Virus record (IMG/VR): IMGVR_UViG_3300030101_003107
Coordinates: 1-63,999 of that record
DNA length: 63,999 nt
Strand: one strand, 5' to 3'
Source: a virus
Taxonomy: Duplodnaviria; Caudoviricetes
Part shown: positions 18,230 to 29,050 of the stretch, piece by piece
Layout: every line of letters begins with the position of its first letter
Numbering within the stretch: position 1 is the first letter of the stretch
Position numbers and translations under genes: made by a program
The notes under the pieces: model-generated
What the model saw: only the letters and a program-made list of their open reading frames with translations
Told to the model about the DNA's origin: nothing
Databases searched by the model: none

Positions 18230-19132
18230 TTAATTCGTAGAGTCAGGATCTAGAAGGTTTGGCACGCCGTCACCATCAGAATCATTAGGATCACTACTAC
18301 CACCGCCAGTACCACTAAAAGCATCAATAATAGTTGGCGCAGCGCTTATGATATTGTTAAACAAATTAGTGTTTTCTTGTTGTTGTGCTTGAGCTGTTTC
18401 AGTTGCAGAAGCTAATTGTTGAGCTTGAAAGCCTAAAGCTAAAGACTCTCTGTCAGCTTGCATTCGTTGCACATCCATTGCGCCTTGAGCTTGAAGTTGT
18501 TGTATATTCATGCCAGCTTGAGCTTGCGCTTTATCAAGTTCTAATTGTGCTCTACCTATATTCATTTCAGCTTGTCTGGCTTGTTCAGCACCTTGAGCTT
18601 TTAATCTTTCATTTTGAGCTTCTTGAGCACCAATATCTGCGGCTATTTGTTGTCTAACTTGAGCATTTTGTCTAGCTAAAAGTCCAGCAATACTAGCAAT
18701 ACCACCAGCACCGCCCGCGCCAGCTCTAGCACTTTGCAATATAGCTGCTTGAGACTCTTCAGCCATTTGTCTTTGATAATCTGCAGATTTTAAATTTACT
18801 GTTAAATCTTCAAACTTATTTTCTGTAGATATTTTAGATAAAGGATTTTCAAGTCCAGCAAACGTATTAGTCATGCCAGCAAAAGGATTTGTTAGTTCAG
18901 CGCTTGTAAAAGCGTCTAGCTGACTTTGAAACTCACTTTGTTGGTCAGTTAAATTATCGTCAATTTTATCGTTTGCTCTACCAGTTAAAAAACCACCAAG
19001 ACCACCAATAATAGCTCCACCTATAGCTCCACCAGTACCTAACTTAGAACCTTGCGACGCTCCACTAACGGCGCCGCTAAATATATCTGTAAACGTATTT
19101 TTTAAAGGACTTTTTGATTCTTGGTAACTCAT
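18230..19132 (-). CDS. Putative ejection/pilot protein
   Basis: Glycine-zipper N-terminus (GGAIGGAIIGGLGGFL), Ala/Gln coiled coil, C-terminal DSDGDGVPNLLD Ca-binding-like repeat. Confidence 0.7.
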   Translation of the reverse strand: MSYQESKSPLKNTFTDIFSGAVSGASQGSKLGTGGAIGGAIIGGLGGFLTGRANDKIDDNLTDQQSEFQSQLDAFTSAELTNPFAGMTNTFAGLENPLSKISTENKFEDLTVNLKSADYQRQMAEESQAAILQSARAGAGGAGGIASIAGLLARQNAQVRQQIAADIGAQEAQNERLKAQGAEQARQAEMNIGRAQLELDKAQAQAGMNIQQLQAQGAMDVQRMQADRESLALGFQAQQLASATETAQAQQQENTNLFNNIISAAPTIIDAFSGTGGGSSDPNDSDGDGVPNLLDPDSTN

Positions 19133-19151
19133 TTTATTCTTTTATTATATT

Positions 19152-19160
19152 ATTATTACA
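19152..19160 (-). promoter_or_regulatory. Candidate late promoter box TGTAATAAT upstream of ejection genes
   Basis: Located in the 29-nt intergenic gap; same box as at 9374. Confidence 0.45.
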
Positions 19161-19161
19161 T

Positions 19162-22100
19162 CTATTTGCTACTTTCAACAGCGTTTAGCGCTGCAGCAAA
19201 TAACTCAGATTTATTTTCAAAATCATTATTTCTCCAAACACATCTTGCATAGTAGCCTTTAACTCCAGAGTGTTCAACAGGATTTTGTGTTAATACAAGC
19301 AATATTGAGCTTATATCAACGTTATAATCATCTACAATAGGGCCTAATGCTTCAAATAGCTCAGGTGTAGATACATTTGTTGTTATTGACGTAGAATCAA
19401 AACTTACCACGCTTCCAAGATTTACAAATTGACCTACAGTTTCTGATGGAGGAATAACAGTTGGATTATCACCTACGGTAGTACGCATTACGCGCACGTT
19501 AACACCTTCTTGAATAACAGCCATGTTTATAATTCCTAAATCAAATGATATTGTAAAACCTAGGCTACCATCACTATTTTCTACAATGCTTGTTGGTATA
19601 CCTAAAGGAGCTATATATTTTTGAAAATCTTCACTGTCTGTAGATAAAGTATCACCTTGTTTATCGTCTATATTTACATGCATTAAATTATTATGCCATT
19701 TGTTTTCTTTATTCTTAAAGTTTATTGACATACCCTGCTCAAGATCTGTTGTAATTCTACTTATCCACCATCCATCTTTGTTTAAATTAGTAGATAACAC
19801 GCCGTCGTTATTGTTAGATATAATTCTAGCTTGAGTACCTTCATAGTTAGTATAAGTAAAGTCTTTTACAGTGCCAGGCATTTCGTTATAAACTAAAGCA
19901 ATTCTTGGCTCTTGACTACTAGGCTCTGATTGAAAATAACCTTCATAAAAGCCGTATTTAGCTACTACGTTGTCATGATGATAATGCTCGCTGCTAATAC
20001 TAAAATATTGATTTTTTAAACTATATCCTTGAGCATCTTTATAGTATGTTCTAAAAGAAGTCCAAGCGTTTAAGCTTTCGTCCCAAGCAATAGTCAAATA
20101 GCCAAAAATTTCATCTTCTATATCTGTAAGATCAAAGTTTCTACAAGATAAAAGATATTCGTTTTTATCAATATCATAACTTCCAAATATATAACTATTT
20201 TGATCTCTAGCGTCTGATAGTTGGTTTTTAAAATAAGAGTCCATACCTTGATCAGATATTATAGTCATACCATCTTTTGATAATCTTATAACAACACCAC
20301 GTTTGGCATCGGTAAAGTAAGATCTAAAACCATATTGAGCAAAAGACTCAGGATTATTTGATATACCATATTCACCGTCAAAAGCAACAGATTGACCTAA
20401 AACTTTATCAGTAGCTAATAAATCAGGATTACCATCAGCTTTAAATATTGCATCTTTTTGAGAAAGAACTTTTAAAACTTTATCTTCACAAAGAACTATT
20501 AAATCATTTGCTCTAGAGTATAGTTTTTGTATAAATCCGTGATCTGGATTAAATCTTTTAGTTATACCTAATGCTTCTATAAACTGATTAGTCTCGTTAA
20601 ATCCACTATAAGAATTATATATACCTGAAAATATTAAACCTTCACCAACCTTAATTTCAGCATAATCTTCATATATACTAGATGCCTTAACACCTTTTTG
20701 TATTCTAGCTCCATTAAAAGAGTTTTTAACAGTAGATATTTCTATACCGTTTCCAAAGCAGAAACAATTATAATAAGGTAAAGCTATAGGTGTAACTACA
20801 TCGTTTACTAAACTAAAGTTTGATAAATGCGTGTGTCTTTTTACAAGAATAGTATCACTATTAACAACGCTTTCTGCTACGGTAACGTATACGTGCTCTC
20901 CAACATTTAATCTTCCGCCTCTATGCTCTTGTATTTTTAAGACTAGTTGATCTGGATTAGCAGGAACAGTTATGGTTACAGGTTGACTTAAAGTTATTGT
21001 AGTATACAAAGCATCATTAATATTATGTCTACCAACATTAGTTGATACAGATGTTACTGTAATTGGAGTAAGATCAATATCGTCAAGAATACTAACCCCA
21101 CCATCGCCATCATTATCACTTGTATATAGTAGAGGAAAAGTAGTATCACCTACTTGAACAACGCTATTTAAACCTAAAGCGCCGCCTGGGCCTGGTATTA
21201 AAGCAGTATAATAATAAGCTTCTACCATACGACCAACTTTAATAAACTGTTCGTCAGTTTCATCGTCTAATACTATAGGATATGCTTGAGAAGCTTCATA
21301 ATATAAGTCTGTATCATAATTAGGTTTTGGCAATGTTTCAAATACACCTTGTGTTTTAGCTGTGTTCGGGCCAGGTAACGGGCCTACGTCATTGTTCACT
21401 ACTAATGGTCTATCAGTTTTTACATAAACAAAAAACTTACCTTCAAAAACGTTTGGATCATCGTCTAAAGCATCAATTAAAGCTTCAGGCACTTCATTTC
21501 TTATTCTTTGAACTTCATATTCAAGATTAAGATTGTCTGACTCATAGTTGTTTGTTACATTAGACAAATCAGGATCTGGTTGTCCAGATTTTCTATGAGC
21601 TCTTTTTTGTATTAGTATATCGCCTTCTTGAACTTTGTTTCTATGATCAGAACTAAATATTAAAACACTATTAGTTTTTTCTGTTAAGCTACTTGCTTGA
21701 GCTTCAACAGAAGCGTCATCTTCACCGTCAACATTTATAAAATGTCTAATTTCTTCTAATGGTAAAACATTATAATCTAAAGAAGTATCTTTAACAAAAA
21801 ATTTATATGACTTAGCCCAAGTTGGATGTGGGTTTTTAACTATTACAGATATTCTTTGTGTTTTTTTAGAGTCTTCTGGACTTACTTTTATAATAGCTTG
21901 TCTATTAGTTAAAACAGGTGTTTCTCTACCAAACTCATCTCTATAAACAATACCAACTTGATAAGATCTATAAGATTTAATAGACTCCTGTGGTACGCCA
22001 AAGTTAGGGTTTGTTCCAGCGAAAGCTTCTTCAAAAACTTCAATAGCTCCATCGTCTGAGCTAGCACCTATAATTATTGGGTTACCATCAGGTCCAAGTA

Positions 22101-25100
22101 TTTCATTTATTTCTTGATTAACATAGGTGTAAAGTCCTACTTCAAGATTAACTTTTATATCAGAAGAAGATATAATTTCGTTATTAAAATCAAGTACTGT
22201 TTCTACTAAGTTGTAGTCTTTTAAGTAATTACCATAAACAACTCTATTAGCAGTAACTTCTTGTGCTTTAGCTGATTTTGGCACAGAGTCAAAAGGTCTT
22301 AATATTTGATTAGGATCTATTGTTAAACCTAAAGTATTAGCATTAAAAGGATGTAAGCCTGTATAAGATCCGTTTGCTGGTAAATTATATTCACCATCTC
22401 TAAAATCATATTTTTTTACAGCATATATATTATTTGCTTCTTCACTTTTAACTACCAACTCTACAGCTTTTACATCATGTGGTAAATTTTTTGGTGTCCA
22501 GTCTATTAATCTTAAATCTTTTATTTCATTAATTAAAGATATGTAATAGTTTGGCCAATCTATTTTTTGATTTAAAGTTCTCCAAATAACTGTAGTAAAA
22601 GGCGCAAAGCCAGAGTATTCGTTGTCTTCGTATTGATACCTGTAAGAAAATCTTAACATAGCTTCTCGTAAAGACTTTTCATCAGCTAATCTGCCTGCGC
22701 TGCTACCTTCATATTGAGAAGCTAAACTAACAGACCAAACTTGAGGAAGAGGTGGACCATAAAATTTTGGATTACCTTGAGAGTCAACTAGCAAACCATC
22801 GCGGCCCCAATTTTGATTAGTAGTCCAATAAGGTGATCTTCTGCCTTTGTAATCTTTAGGTAACATTGCTGCGTTTTTAGTACTGTCACCTTCTCCAATA
22901 ATAATAGGGCCTTCATCGCCTGGTCTTACATACTTATTGCTTAAATCAACTCTTAACGATGGATCTAAAGGATCTTTAGCGTTGTTTTCATCTATTTGAA
23001 TAGTAATAATATATTGGCTAATAAAATGCTCTGTAGAGAAAAAACTTGGCGGTAAGTCTACTACTGTACCGTCATCTAATACTATTTCTTCTCCACCAGG
23101 ATCAGTGCCATCAATTATAGTTTGATCAACTAACCCATCATTTAAAAATATAAATTTATCTTTTAAATCAGTATAAACATTACCAAGGTTATCAGTGAAA
23201 CCTACATTGTTAGGAACACCATTTATAACTGCACCAGCTCCTGCTGGGCCTTCAGGCCGCATGTTTACATGCTCTATTTTTGTTATTGTAGCTTTTACTA
23301 AATCAGCAAACCCGTCGTGTCTTCTGCCTGCAAACCGTGTACTATTTAAAAAATTAGCTCCTAGTGGATTTGCAGGGCTATTGAAACTAAGCTCTTGAGT
23401 ATCTCCAAAGTCTTGCCCACCTTGATTGTCTATTGTCCAAAGATCTTCATCTACAAAACCTCCTGTTTCTTCTAAAACCGAAGCAGGTGTGAAAAAGCTA
23501 TTGTCGTCTTCATCTGTATAATAAACATCAGTATATCTACCAACTGCGTTACTTCTTCTAGTATTACCTTGACCTTCTAATACAATTTTGTCACCAACAC
23601 TAAATCCATGAGGTTGAACTACAAATCTTCCAGGCCCTGTAGGTCTATATAAATTATTTTCGTTTAAATCAATTCTACCATTATGCACAAAATCAGCCAT
23701 TGGACCATCGTCAGGATCTCCACCTAAACCCCAATATTCGCTAATAGCAGCTAAATTTTGCGAAGGGCCTGATATATTAGCTTGTGAAAAAAGACCACCT
23801 AAATGATAAGCTTTAGCTATACCGTGCTGATTTGCATAAATAGGTGGGGCAACATCACCATCAAGAAGATACCCTCCAGGCATTTGATTTGTGTAGTGTA
23901 TAACATCACCTTCTGATCCAGCGTTACCACCAAAAGAACTGCCAGGACTAAAAGATACTAGCACGTTTTCATTTACAGAGTTAGCACCTACACCTCTAGT
24001 ACCACCTGCGCCTGAATAATTTTCCCAATAAAACGGCTCTAACGCTTGATTAAAGACACCATCATCTTCAGTAATTCCTGAAGCCATACGCATTGGACCA
24101 ACTGGAATAATATGTCCATCAGTTGGATCATTAAAAAAACCAAAAAGTGGTCCAAGCTCTTGGTAAGAGTCCATACCAGCGTTTAAATAATTTTTAAACA
24201 ATGGGTAAGGCGCTGATGGTTGTGAGTTTGCTTGTACATTTTCAGCTATAGCAGTTGGAAAAACTAAAGACTCTATAGTATATCCGCGTGGATCGTCTTG
24301 ATTAAAAATGTTAGCTGGAACACCAAAAAATCCATTGCCAGCTCCCATTGGATCTAGCGCGCCAGTTCCTGGGGCAGCAGTACCGTAAATACTTCCTCTA
24401 GATGCTTTTACATAAGCGCCCCAAGATAAAGTGTCAGGAATATCAAGAGTCATGCTGTTTCTAAAGTCCATAGCTTGGTTGCCATTTACATCAGCATACG
24501 GAATAAAAGATCTGAAGTTATAATAAGTATCAGGGCCTAAGCCTACTAACGGCTCACCCAGTCCATCGTTAGTAATTAATCCACCGGCTTCGTTATAAAA
24601 ACCAGCTTCGTTTAAAAATGCAACTGCAAACTGTAATGTTTTACCACTTGCGTGGTTTGGATGTATAGGAAAAGGATGCGTCATAACACCTTTAGTTGGA
24701 CCAACTGTTTTAACGTCTGAGTCGCCAACCACAGCACCCACATCAGTTAACACTTTTAAATGCTCTTCTGGATTTGGTCTTATAACAGTACAGTGAGACT
24801 CTATAGTTCCACCTAGCCCTGTATTTATAGCATTGTTTGCTATAACAGCGTTATCGTGATACCCGTTAAACTGCCAACCAGGAACACCTTGAAAGCCTAA
24901 ATTGTTATCAGAGTTTTCTCTTAATAATCTAGTATGAAAAAGTCTTCTATCTGTAAGCCAGTCTGGATATACCGACTGTTGATCAGATAAAGTACCTACT
25001 TTAGATCTATTTATTTGTATTTTTTTAGGTTCGTTTTTATTATCTGTAAAAAATATTAAACCATCAAATACATTTATACCTGTTATATATCTTGAGTAAT

Positions 25101-26709
25101 CAAAATCTAATATTCTTTTAGATACAAAAGCAAAGAAAAAATTATCCTCATCAAGAGCTATGTCATCAGGAATAACTACATTATCTGCAAATCGATTAAA
25201 ATCATCTTTTATGTATACTCTGTAGTTAACTCTATCAACATAGTCAACATAAAAAGCATCTATTAAAGTATTTATACCAGCACCTTCAGTTAAAGAATTA
25301 GAAACAGCAAAATCAGTGCCTACTATTGTGTCATACTGAAGAATACGCATGTCCTCTCTAATGTCTAAGTCACGCATATTCAAACCATCGTCAGGAAGTT
25401 GTATGTATGTTCCTAATTCATTCATGGGCTGGCCTATGAAAACAGCTGGAGTTCTTATTTCATAAACATCGTTAAAAACTAAATCCATGTCTCCATGGCC
25501 ATTGTTTTCTTCTGATATTCGCTGCATAGCTCTATTAGGCTCATACTCGTATATAGCGTCAGCTCTAACAACAATGCCTCTAGCGCCAAAAGATTCTGGA
25601 TCAAGATCTTCTATAGCATCAATACCACCGCTAAAAAATTGTCGAGTATCTTCTCTAAATTGATCTATATGAGTAAAAGGATCGTGTTCACCCGTCAAAT
25701 TATCTGTTAAGTGATTCCATGTTCCAGGAATTGCAGTAATTAAAGCTTGATCTACAGTACCTCTATTAGGACCTGTTAACTCAATAAGATTACCATCTTC
25801 TCCAGCGGTAGGTTGAATTATTGTTACAGAGCTTCCGTCTAATTCAACGTTAACTCCTATGCTACTTAGAGCATTATAAAAGTTTGTTGCTTTTCCTTCT
25901 GCTGAAGCTGCTGAAGCTACATTTATAGTTACTAGCTCTCCTGCTTCATCAAAAATATGTCCATTAGGAAATGATATGTTAGTATAACTATAAGGAAAAA
26001 GCGGATTAGCTTGTGCTTCAGTTGTAAAAGCGCCATAAACAATAGTTATTTGACTAAAACCGCTAGATGTTGCGTTGTTTAACGTAAACCTCATTTGAGG
26101 ACATCCACCAATTGTTCCTGCGTCCCAAGGTCCTGAGCCATCAATTTGATAATCTGGATTACCTATTGCGGCTTCCCACCAGTTGCTGCTAAGTTGACTA
26201 CCAAAATCACTTGGACCTACTGGTCCTTCGTTTATCCAGCCAGGTTCGTTTGATTCAATATTTTCGTTATGTAATCCATATCTACGCGCAACTGCGTAAT
26301 CATAAAGAGGGCTTATGCCTACGTAATTATTAAAATTAATTGTAAATCTTGCTCTTTCACCAAAGCCTTCACCTTCTAGTCTAAAGGCATTAACATAAGC
26401 TGAGTCTTTAACGAAATGATAAGCATAATCATTTGTTCTATCTACAGCTGTACCTACTACTCTAGGTTGAGTAAAACCTACTCTTCTAGGGCCAAAAGTG
26501 TTTAGCTCTCCATCTCCTTGATGTCTCCATCTATCTTGAGCAATAACTTTAGTATTTGCTCTAACAGTTTCTAACGAACCTTCGTTTCCTTCTGAAGAAC
26601 TACTAACCCGTATGTTTATAGCTTCACGATATAAACCTTGACCTACTAGCCTCTCATCAAGGTCAAGATTCATTCCACCTTTAATAAAAGTTCTTTTTAA
26701 TTCAGCCAT
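19162..26709 (-). CDS. Tail stabilization / nozzle (muzzle-type) protein with large insertions
   Basis: GGMNLDLDERL, FFTDNKNEPKKI, RFSYRYQYEDNEYS, NRVVYGNY, RSYQVGIVYRDEFGRETPVL, YGISNNPESFA, FKNKENKW: motifs recalled for the P22-gp10-like tail protein of Bacteroidota podoviruses and crAss-like phages. Confidence 0.8.
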   Translation of the reverse strand: MAELKRTFIKGGMNLDLDERLVGQGLYREAINIRVSSSSEGNEGSLETVRANTKVIAQDRWRHQGDGELNTFGPRRVGFTQPRVVGTAVDRTNDYAYHFVKDSAYVNAFRLEGEGFGERARFTINFNNYVGISPLYDYAVARRYGLHNENIESNEPGWINEGPVGPSDFGSQLSSNWWEAAIGNPDYQIDGSGPWDAGTIGGCPQMRFTLNNATSSGFSQITIVYGAFTTEAQANPLFPYSYTNISFPNGHIFDEAGELVTINVASAASAEGKATNFYNALSSIGVNVELDGSSVTIIQPTAGEDGNLIELTGPNRGTVDQALITAIPGTWNHLTDNLTGEHDPFTHIDQFREDTRQFFSGGIDAIEDLDPESFGARGIVVRADAIYEYEPNRAMQRISEENNGHGDMDLVFNDVYEIRTPAVFIGQPMNELGTYIQLPDDGLNMRDLDIREDMRILQYDTIVGTDFAVSNSLTEGAGINTLIDAFYVDYVDRVNYRVYIKDDFNRFADNVVIPDDIALDEDNFFFAFVSKRILDFDYSRYITGINVFDGLIFFTDNKNEPKKIQINRSKVGTLSDQQSVYPDWLTDRRLFHTRLLRENSDNNLGFQGVPGWQFNGYHDNAVIANNAINTGLGGTIESHCTVIRPNPEEHLKVLTDVGAVVGDSDVKTVGPTKGVMTHPFPIHPNHASGKTLQFAVAFLNEAGFYNEAGGLITNDGLGEPLVGLGPDTYYNFRSFIPYADVNGNQAMDFRNSMTLDIPDTLSWGAYVKASRGSIYGTAAPGTGALDPMGAGNGFFGVPANIFNQDDPRGYTIESLVFPTAIAENVQANSQPSAPYPLFKNYLNAGMDSYQELGPLFGFFNDPTDGHIIPVGPMRMASGITEDDGVFNQALEPFYWENYSGAGGTRGVGANSVNENVLVSFSPGSSFGGNAGSEGDVIHYTNQMPGGYLLDGDVAPPIYANQHGIAKAYHLGGLFSQANISGPSQNLAAISEYWGLGGDPDDGPMADFVHNGRIDLNENNLYRPTGPGRFVVQPHGFSVGDKIVLEGQGNTRRSNAVGRYTDVYYTDEDDNSFFTPASVLEETGGFVDEDLWTIDNQGGQDFGDTQELSFNSPANPLGANFLNSTRFAGRRHDGFADLVKATITKIEHVNMRPEGPAGAGAVINGVPNNVGFTDNLGNVYTDLKDKFIFLNDGLVDQTIIDGTDPGGEEIVLDDGTVVDLPPSFFSTEHFISQYIITIQIDENNAKDPLDPSLRVDLSNKYVRPGDEGPIIIGEGDSTKNAAMLPKDYKGRRSPYWTTNQNWGRDGLLVDSQGNPKFYGPPLPQVWSVSLASQYEGSSAGRLADEKSLREAMLRFSYRYQYEDNEYSGFAPFTTVIWRTLNQKIDWPNYYISLINEIKDLRLIDWTPKNLPHDVKAVELVVKSEEANNIYAVKKYDFRDGEYNLPANGSYTGLHPFNANTLGLTIDPNQILRPFDSVPKSAKAQEVTANRVVYGNYLKDYNLVETVLDFNNEIISSSDIKVNLEVGLYTYVNQEINEILGPDGNPIIIGASSDDGAIEVFEEAFAGTNPNFGVPQESIKSYRSYQVGIVYRDEFGRETPVLTNRQAIIKVSPEDSKKTQRISVIVKNPHPTWAKSYKFFVKDTSLDYNVLPLEEIRHFINVDGEDDASVEAQASSLTEKTNSVLIFSSDHRNKVQEGDILIQKRAHRKSGQPDPDLSNVTNNYESDNLNLEYEVQRIRNEVPEALIDALDDDPNVFEGKFFVYVKTDRPLVVNNDVGPLPGPNTAKTQGVFETLPKPNYDTDLYYEASQAYPIVLDDETDEQFIKVGRMVEAYYYTALIPGPGGALGLNSVVQVGDTTFPLLYTSDNDGDGGVSILDDIDLTPITVTSVSTNVGRHNINDALYTTITLSQPVTITVPANPDQLVLKIQEHRGGRLNVGEHVYVTVAESVVNSDTILVKRHTHLSNFSLVNDVVTPIALPYYNCFCFGNGIEISTVKNSFNGARIQKGVKASSIYEDYAEIKVGEGLIFSGIYNSYSGFNETNQFIEALGITKRFNPDHGFIQKLYSRANDLIVLCEDKVLKVLSQKDAIFKADGNPDLLATDKVLGQSVAFDGEYGISNNPESFAQYGFRSYFTDAKRGVVIRLSKDGMTIISDQGMDSYFKNQLSDARDQNSYIFGSYDIDKNEYLLSCRNFDLTDIEDEIFGYLTIAWDESLNAWTSFRTYYKDAQGYSLKNQYFSISSEHYHHDNVVAKYGFYEGYFQSEPSSQEPRIALVYNEMPGTVKDFTYTNYEGTQARIISNNNDGVLSTNLNKDGWWISRITTDLEQGMSINFKNKENKWHNNLMHVNIDDKQGDTLSTDSEDFQKYIAPLGIPTSIVENSDGSLGFTISFDLGIINMAVIQEGVNVRVMRTTVGDNPTVIPPSETVGQFVNLGSVVSFDSTSITTNVSTPELFEALGPIVDDYNVDISSILLVLTQNPVEHSGVKGYYARCVWRNNDFENKSELFAAALNAVESSK

Positions 26710-26711
26710 AT

Positions 26712-27965
26712 TTAGTGCTTAATAAACTTATTTTGATTTCTTAATACTTGAGCAAACTCTTCTATTTTAAAGTTAGATAATCTTAACTTAGCGTTTCTTT
26801 TAGCTGCTCTAGCTTCTTTTTTTAACATTGCTAATATATTACCTGGAATACCAGCTCTAACAGATGCTAAATTATATTGAACATACTTATATAAAGCTTC
26901 TTCAGCAAATTTATGTATAACCATTTCATATTCGTTTCCAAGCGAATCACTAATATATTCTAGTACCACTACTTGCCCTACTAAACTAGAGCCAAATCTT
27001 ATTCTACCAGTTGTATGATCTATATAATAACTTCCGTTAATTTGAGCTCTTTCAGACTCTAATCCATATCTTCTACCATAAACATCCATTAAGTCATTGT
27101 CTACGTTTGGATCGTAAGATACTGTATCGCTATTAACATTTTGGCTTGTTTTATAATTAGTTAAAGCCGTAGACTCGTGTGTTACAAAAGTAACAACTTC
27201 ATTAATATCACCACCAACAAATTTGTTAAGAAATATAAAAGGTGAAAGTGGGTTAATAATTTGAGATGGTGCTTTATTTACTCTAACTATACCAGTAGAT
27301 CCAGTTTGTAATCTATTAAACATTGGATTAGACATGTCTCTATTAGCATCAAGCATTAATCCTTTTCTAACATCAGCTATAGAGCCTAATGTAAAGTTTT
27401 CTAATATATAAACAGGATTATCAGGTGAAGTTGCTCCAAAAGATCTAATATTACAAGTTATCACGTTAGTAGCTACTTGAGTCATTCTTTGCATGTCTAC
27501 TTGACCATCAGGACCAAGACCATCATCTTGAAAATTATCTCCAGTGTCAAAGCTTGGTTGACCATATTCGTCTTGCACCATGCGAAAAGCATTACCTGTT
27601 TTTCTCTCTGGATATAAAGTTCTATATAAACCGCTACTATCTACTACAGCAACTCTAGAATAATTAACATAATCTTTAGGTAATATAAAAGATAAATTAT
27701 TAGGTACTTCAAACTCTTGAGCTTTTATAGATCGTATAGTATCATAACTTAATTCTTGCAAGCCTCTTTGTGCAAAAAAAGAAACTTCTGTTCTATTTGC
27801 TTTTCTTATTATTTTATCTTCACCAACATAAGAAACCATAAACCCATTTAAAAAAGAGTGAAAGTCAGTATGTTGATATTGTCTAGCTAAATGAAAGCCA
27901 GAATTACCAGTGTCTAACGAAGCATCTTCGTAATATTTTCTATCAAATATAAAATCTTGTGCCAT
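26712..27965 (-). CDS. Tail ring / tubular structural protein
   Basis: AQRGLQELSYD, LPKDYVNY, VVLEYISD, HKFAEEALY, AKRNAKLRLSN; located in the head-tail block. Confidence 0.7.
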   Translation of the reverse strand: MAQDFIFDRKYYEDASLDTGNSGFHLARQYQHTDFHSFLNGFMVSYVGEDKIIRKANRTEVSFFAQRGLQELSYDTIRSIKAQEFEVPNNLSFILPKDYVNYSRVAVVDSSGLYRTLYPERKTGNAFRMVQDEYGQPSFDTGDNFQDDGLGPDGQVDMQRMTQVATNVITCNIRSFGATSPDNPVYILENFTLGSIADVRKGLMLDANRDMSNPMFNRLQTGSTGIVRVNKAPSQIINPLSPFIFLNKFVGGDINEVVTFVTHESTALTNYKTSQNVNSDTVSYDPNVDNDLMDVYGRRYGLESERAQINGSYYIDHTTGRIRFGSSLVGQVVVLEYISDSLGNEYEMVIHKFAEEALYKYVQYNLASVRAGIPGNILAMLKKEARAAKRNAKLRLSNFKIEEFAQVLRNQNKFIKH

Positions 27966-27966
27966 A

Positions 27967-28992
27967 CTAACTGTTTCTTATTTGTGTTTTTTCTTGAATT
28001 TTAGCTCTACCTACTTGAGATATATCTGCTTGTTTTAATTTAACACCAGACAATTCAAGTATTTTGTTTACTAAACTAGAACTTTCAGATATATGTAGTT
28101 CAAAATTAATAGAATTATTAGGATTATATATGGGATAACTTGTTCTACCAAGATTATTTTCAGTATAACCCCATCTAGGAACACTAGGTTTTCTAATATA
28201 TGAAATAATTAAAAGCTCAGGAGAAATATTAGCAGTATCTAAAATACCGTTATGAGTGAAGCCTCTAAACCTTGGACTTCTACCGTCGCCTGGTGGTATT
28301 TCATTTTCACTTCCATTATGTCCTGCAAAAGAACTTGGATCTAAAAAGTATCGTTGAGCACTAGAATAATTATCTGGATAACCATCTTTACCAAAAACTC
28401 TAATAAAATCTAGCTTTTTACCTTCAAAAGTATAAACAGGTCTTTTCATTGTTGGTCTTGTAAGCTTATTACCCATTATATTTATAAGCTCTTTTTTACT
28501 TACATATTCAGCTTCATTAACAGCGTAAGCTTTAGGGCCACTAATTTCACCGCGATCAACTGAATATTCATAGCCAAGCGGTGGTTGTAAAATACCGTTA
28601 ATTCCAGTATCTTCGCCTGCTAAAAAAATTTCTTGATTAGATTGATTGTCAGTTGTATCTGCCACTAATACTGTTTGTAGTTTGTAAAAATCAGTAGGAG
28701 TATACATTTGATAAATTCTAAAATCATCTGGTCGAAAAGCTATTTCAGCACCGTATATTTCTTTTTCAAAAAACTCTATTTTTTCTTGAATAATATCATG
28801 TCTGTCTGAGTGCTCAGTGTCGTTAGGCCCTGTTCTACCATAACGCTCTGAGCTATAGAAGTAGCTGTCAAATATTTCCATTTGAGCTTGGTCAGCAAAG
28901 TTGTTAAACTCTTTAGGTGTTATATATCCTCTTTGCTCTTTATTAGCAATGTCTTGTACTTTTTGATATACTGTGTTAATGTTTACTGACAT
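27967..28992 (-). CDS. Head-tail adaptor / tail tubular protein
   Basis: ANKEQRGYITPKEFNNFADQAQ, YIRKPSVPRWGY, FELH..LVNKIL; position after the capsid genes. Confidence 0.7.
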   Translation of the reverse strand: MSVNINTVYQKVQDIANKEQRGYITPKEFNNFADQAQMEIFDSYFYSSERYGRTGPNDTEHSDRHDIIQEKIEFFEKEIYGAEIAFRPDDFRIYQMYTPTDFYKLQTVLVADTTDNQSNQEIFLAGEDTGINGILQPPLGYEYSVDRGEISGPKAYAVNEAEYVSKKELINIMGNKLTRPTMKRPVYTFEGKKLDFIRVFGKDGYPDNYSSAQRYFLDPSSFAGHNGSENEIPPGDGRSPRFRGFTHNGILDTANISPELLIISYIRKPSVPRWGYTENNLGRTSYPIYNPNNSINFELHISESSSLVNKILELSGVKLKQADISQVGRAKIQEKTQIRNS

Positions 28993-29011
28993 ATTGTATT
29001 TTTTATAGTTA

Positions 29012-29037
29012 AGTAACCACCCCGAAGAGTGGTTACT
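29012..29037 (-). terminator. Stable hairpin with cUUCGg loop after the 29051 gene (terminator or processing site)
   Basis: Minus strand AGTAACCACTC-TTCG-GGGTGGTTACT; weak U-tract. Confidence 0.65.
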
Positions 29038-29050
29038 CTTCTATAAATGA

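Noticed and set aside
9386-26709. Either giant ORF as a crAss-type virion RNA polymerase
   Set aside because: No DFDID/DxDGD catalytic loop in a polymerase context. FDFDETL belongs to a HAD motif set, and DNDGDGG in the tail protein lies in a low-complexity insert.
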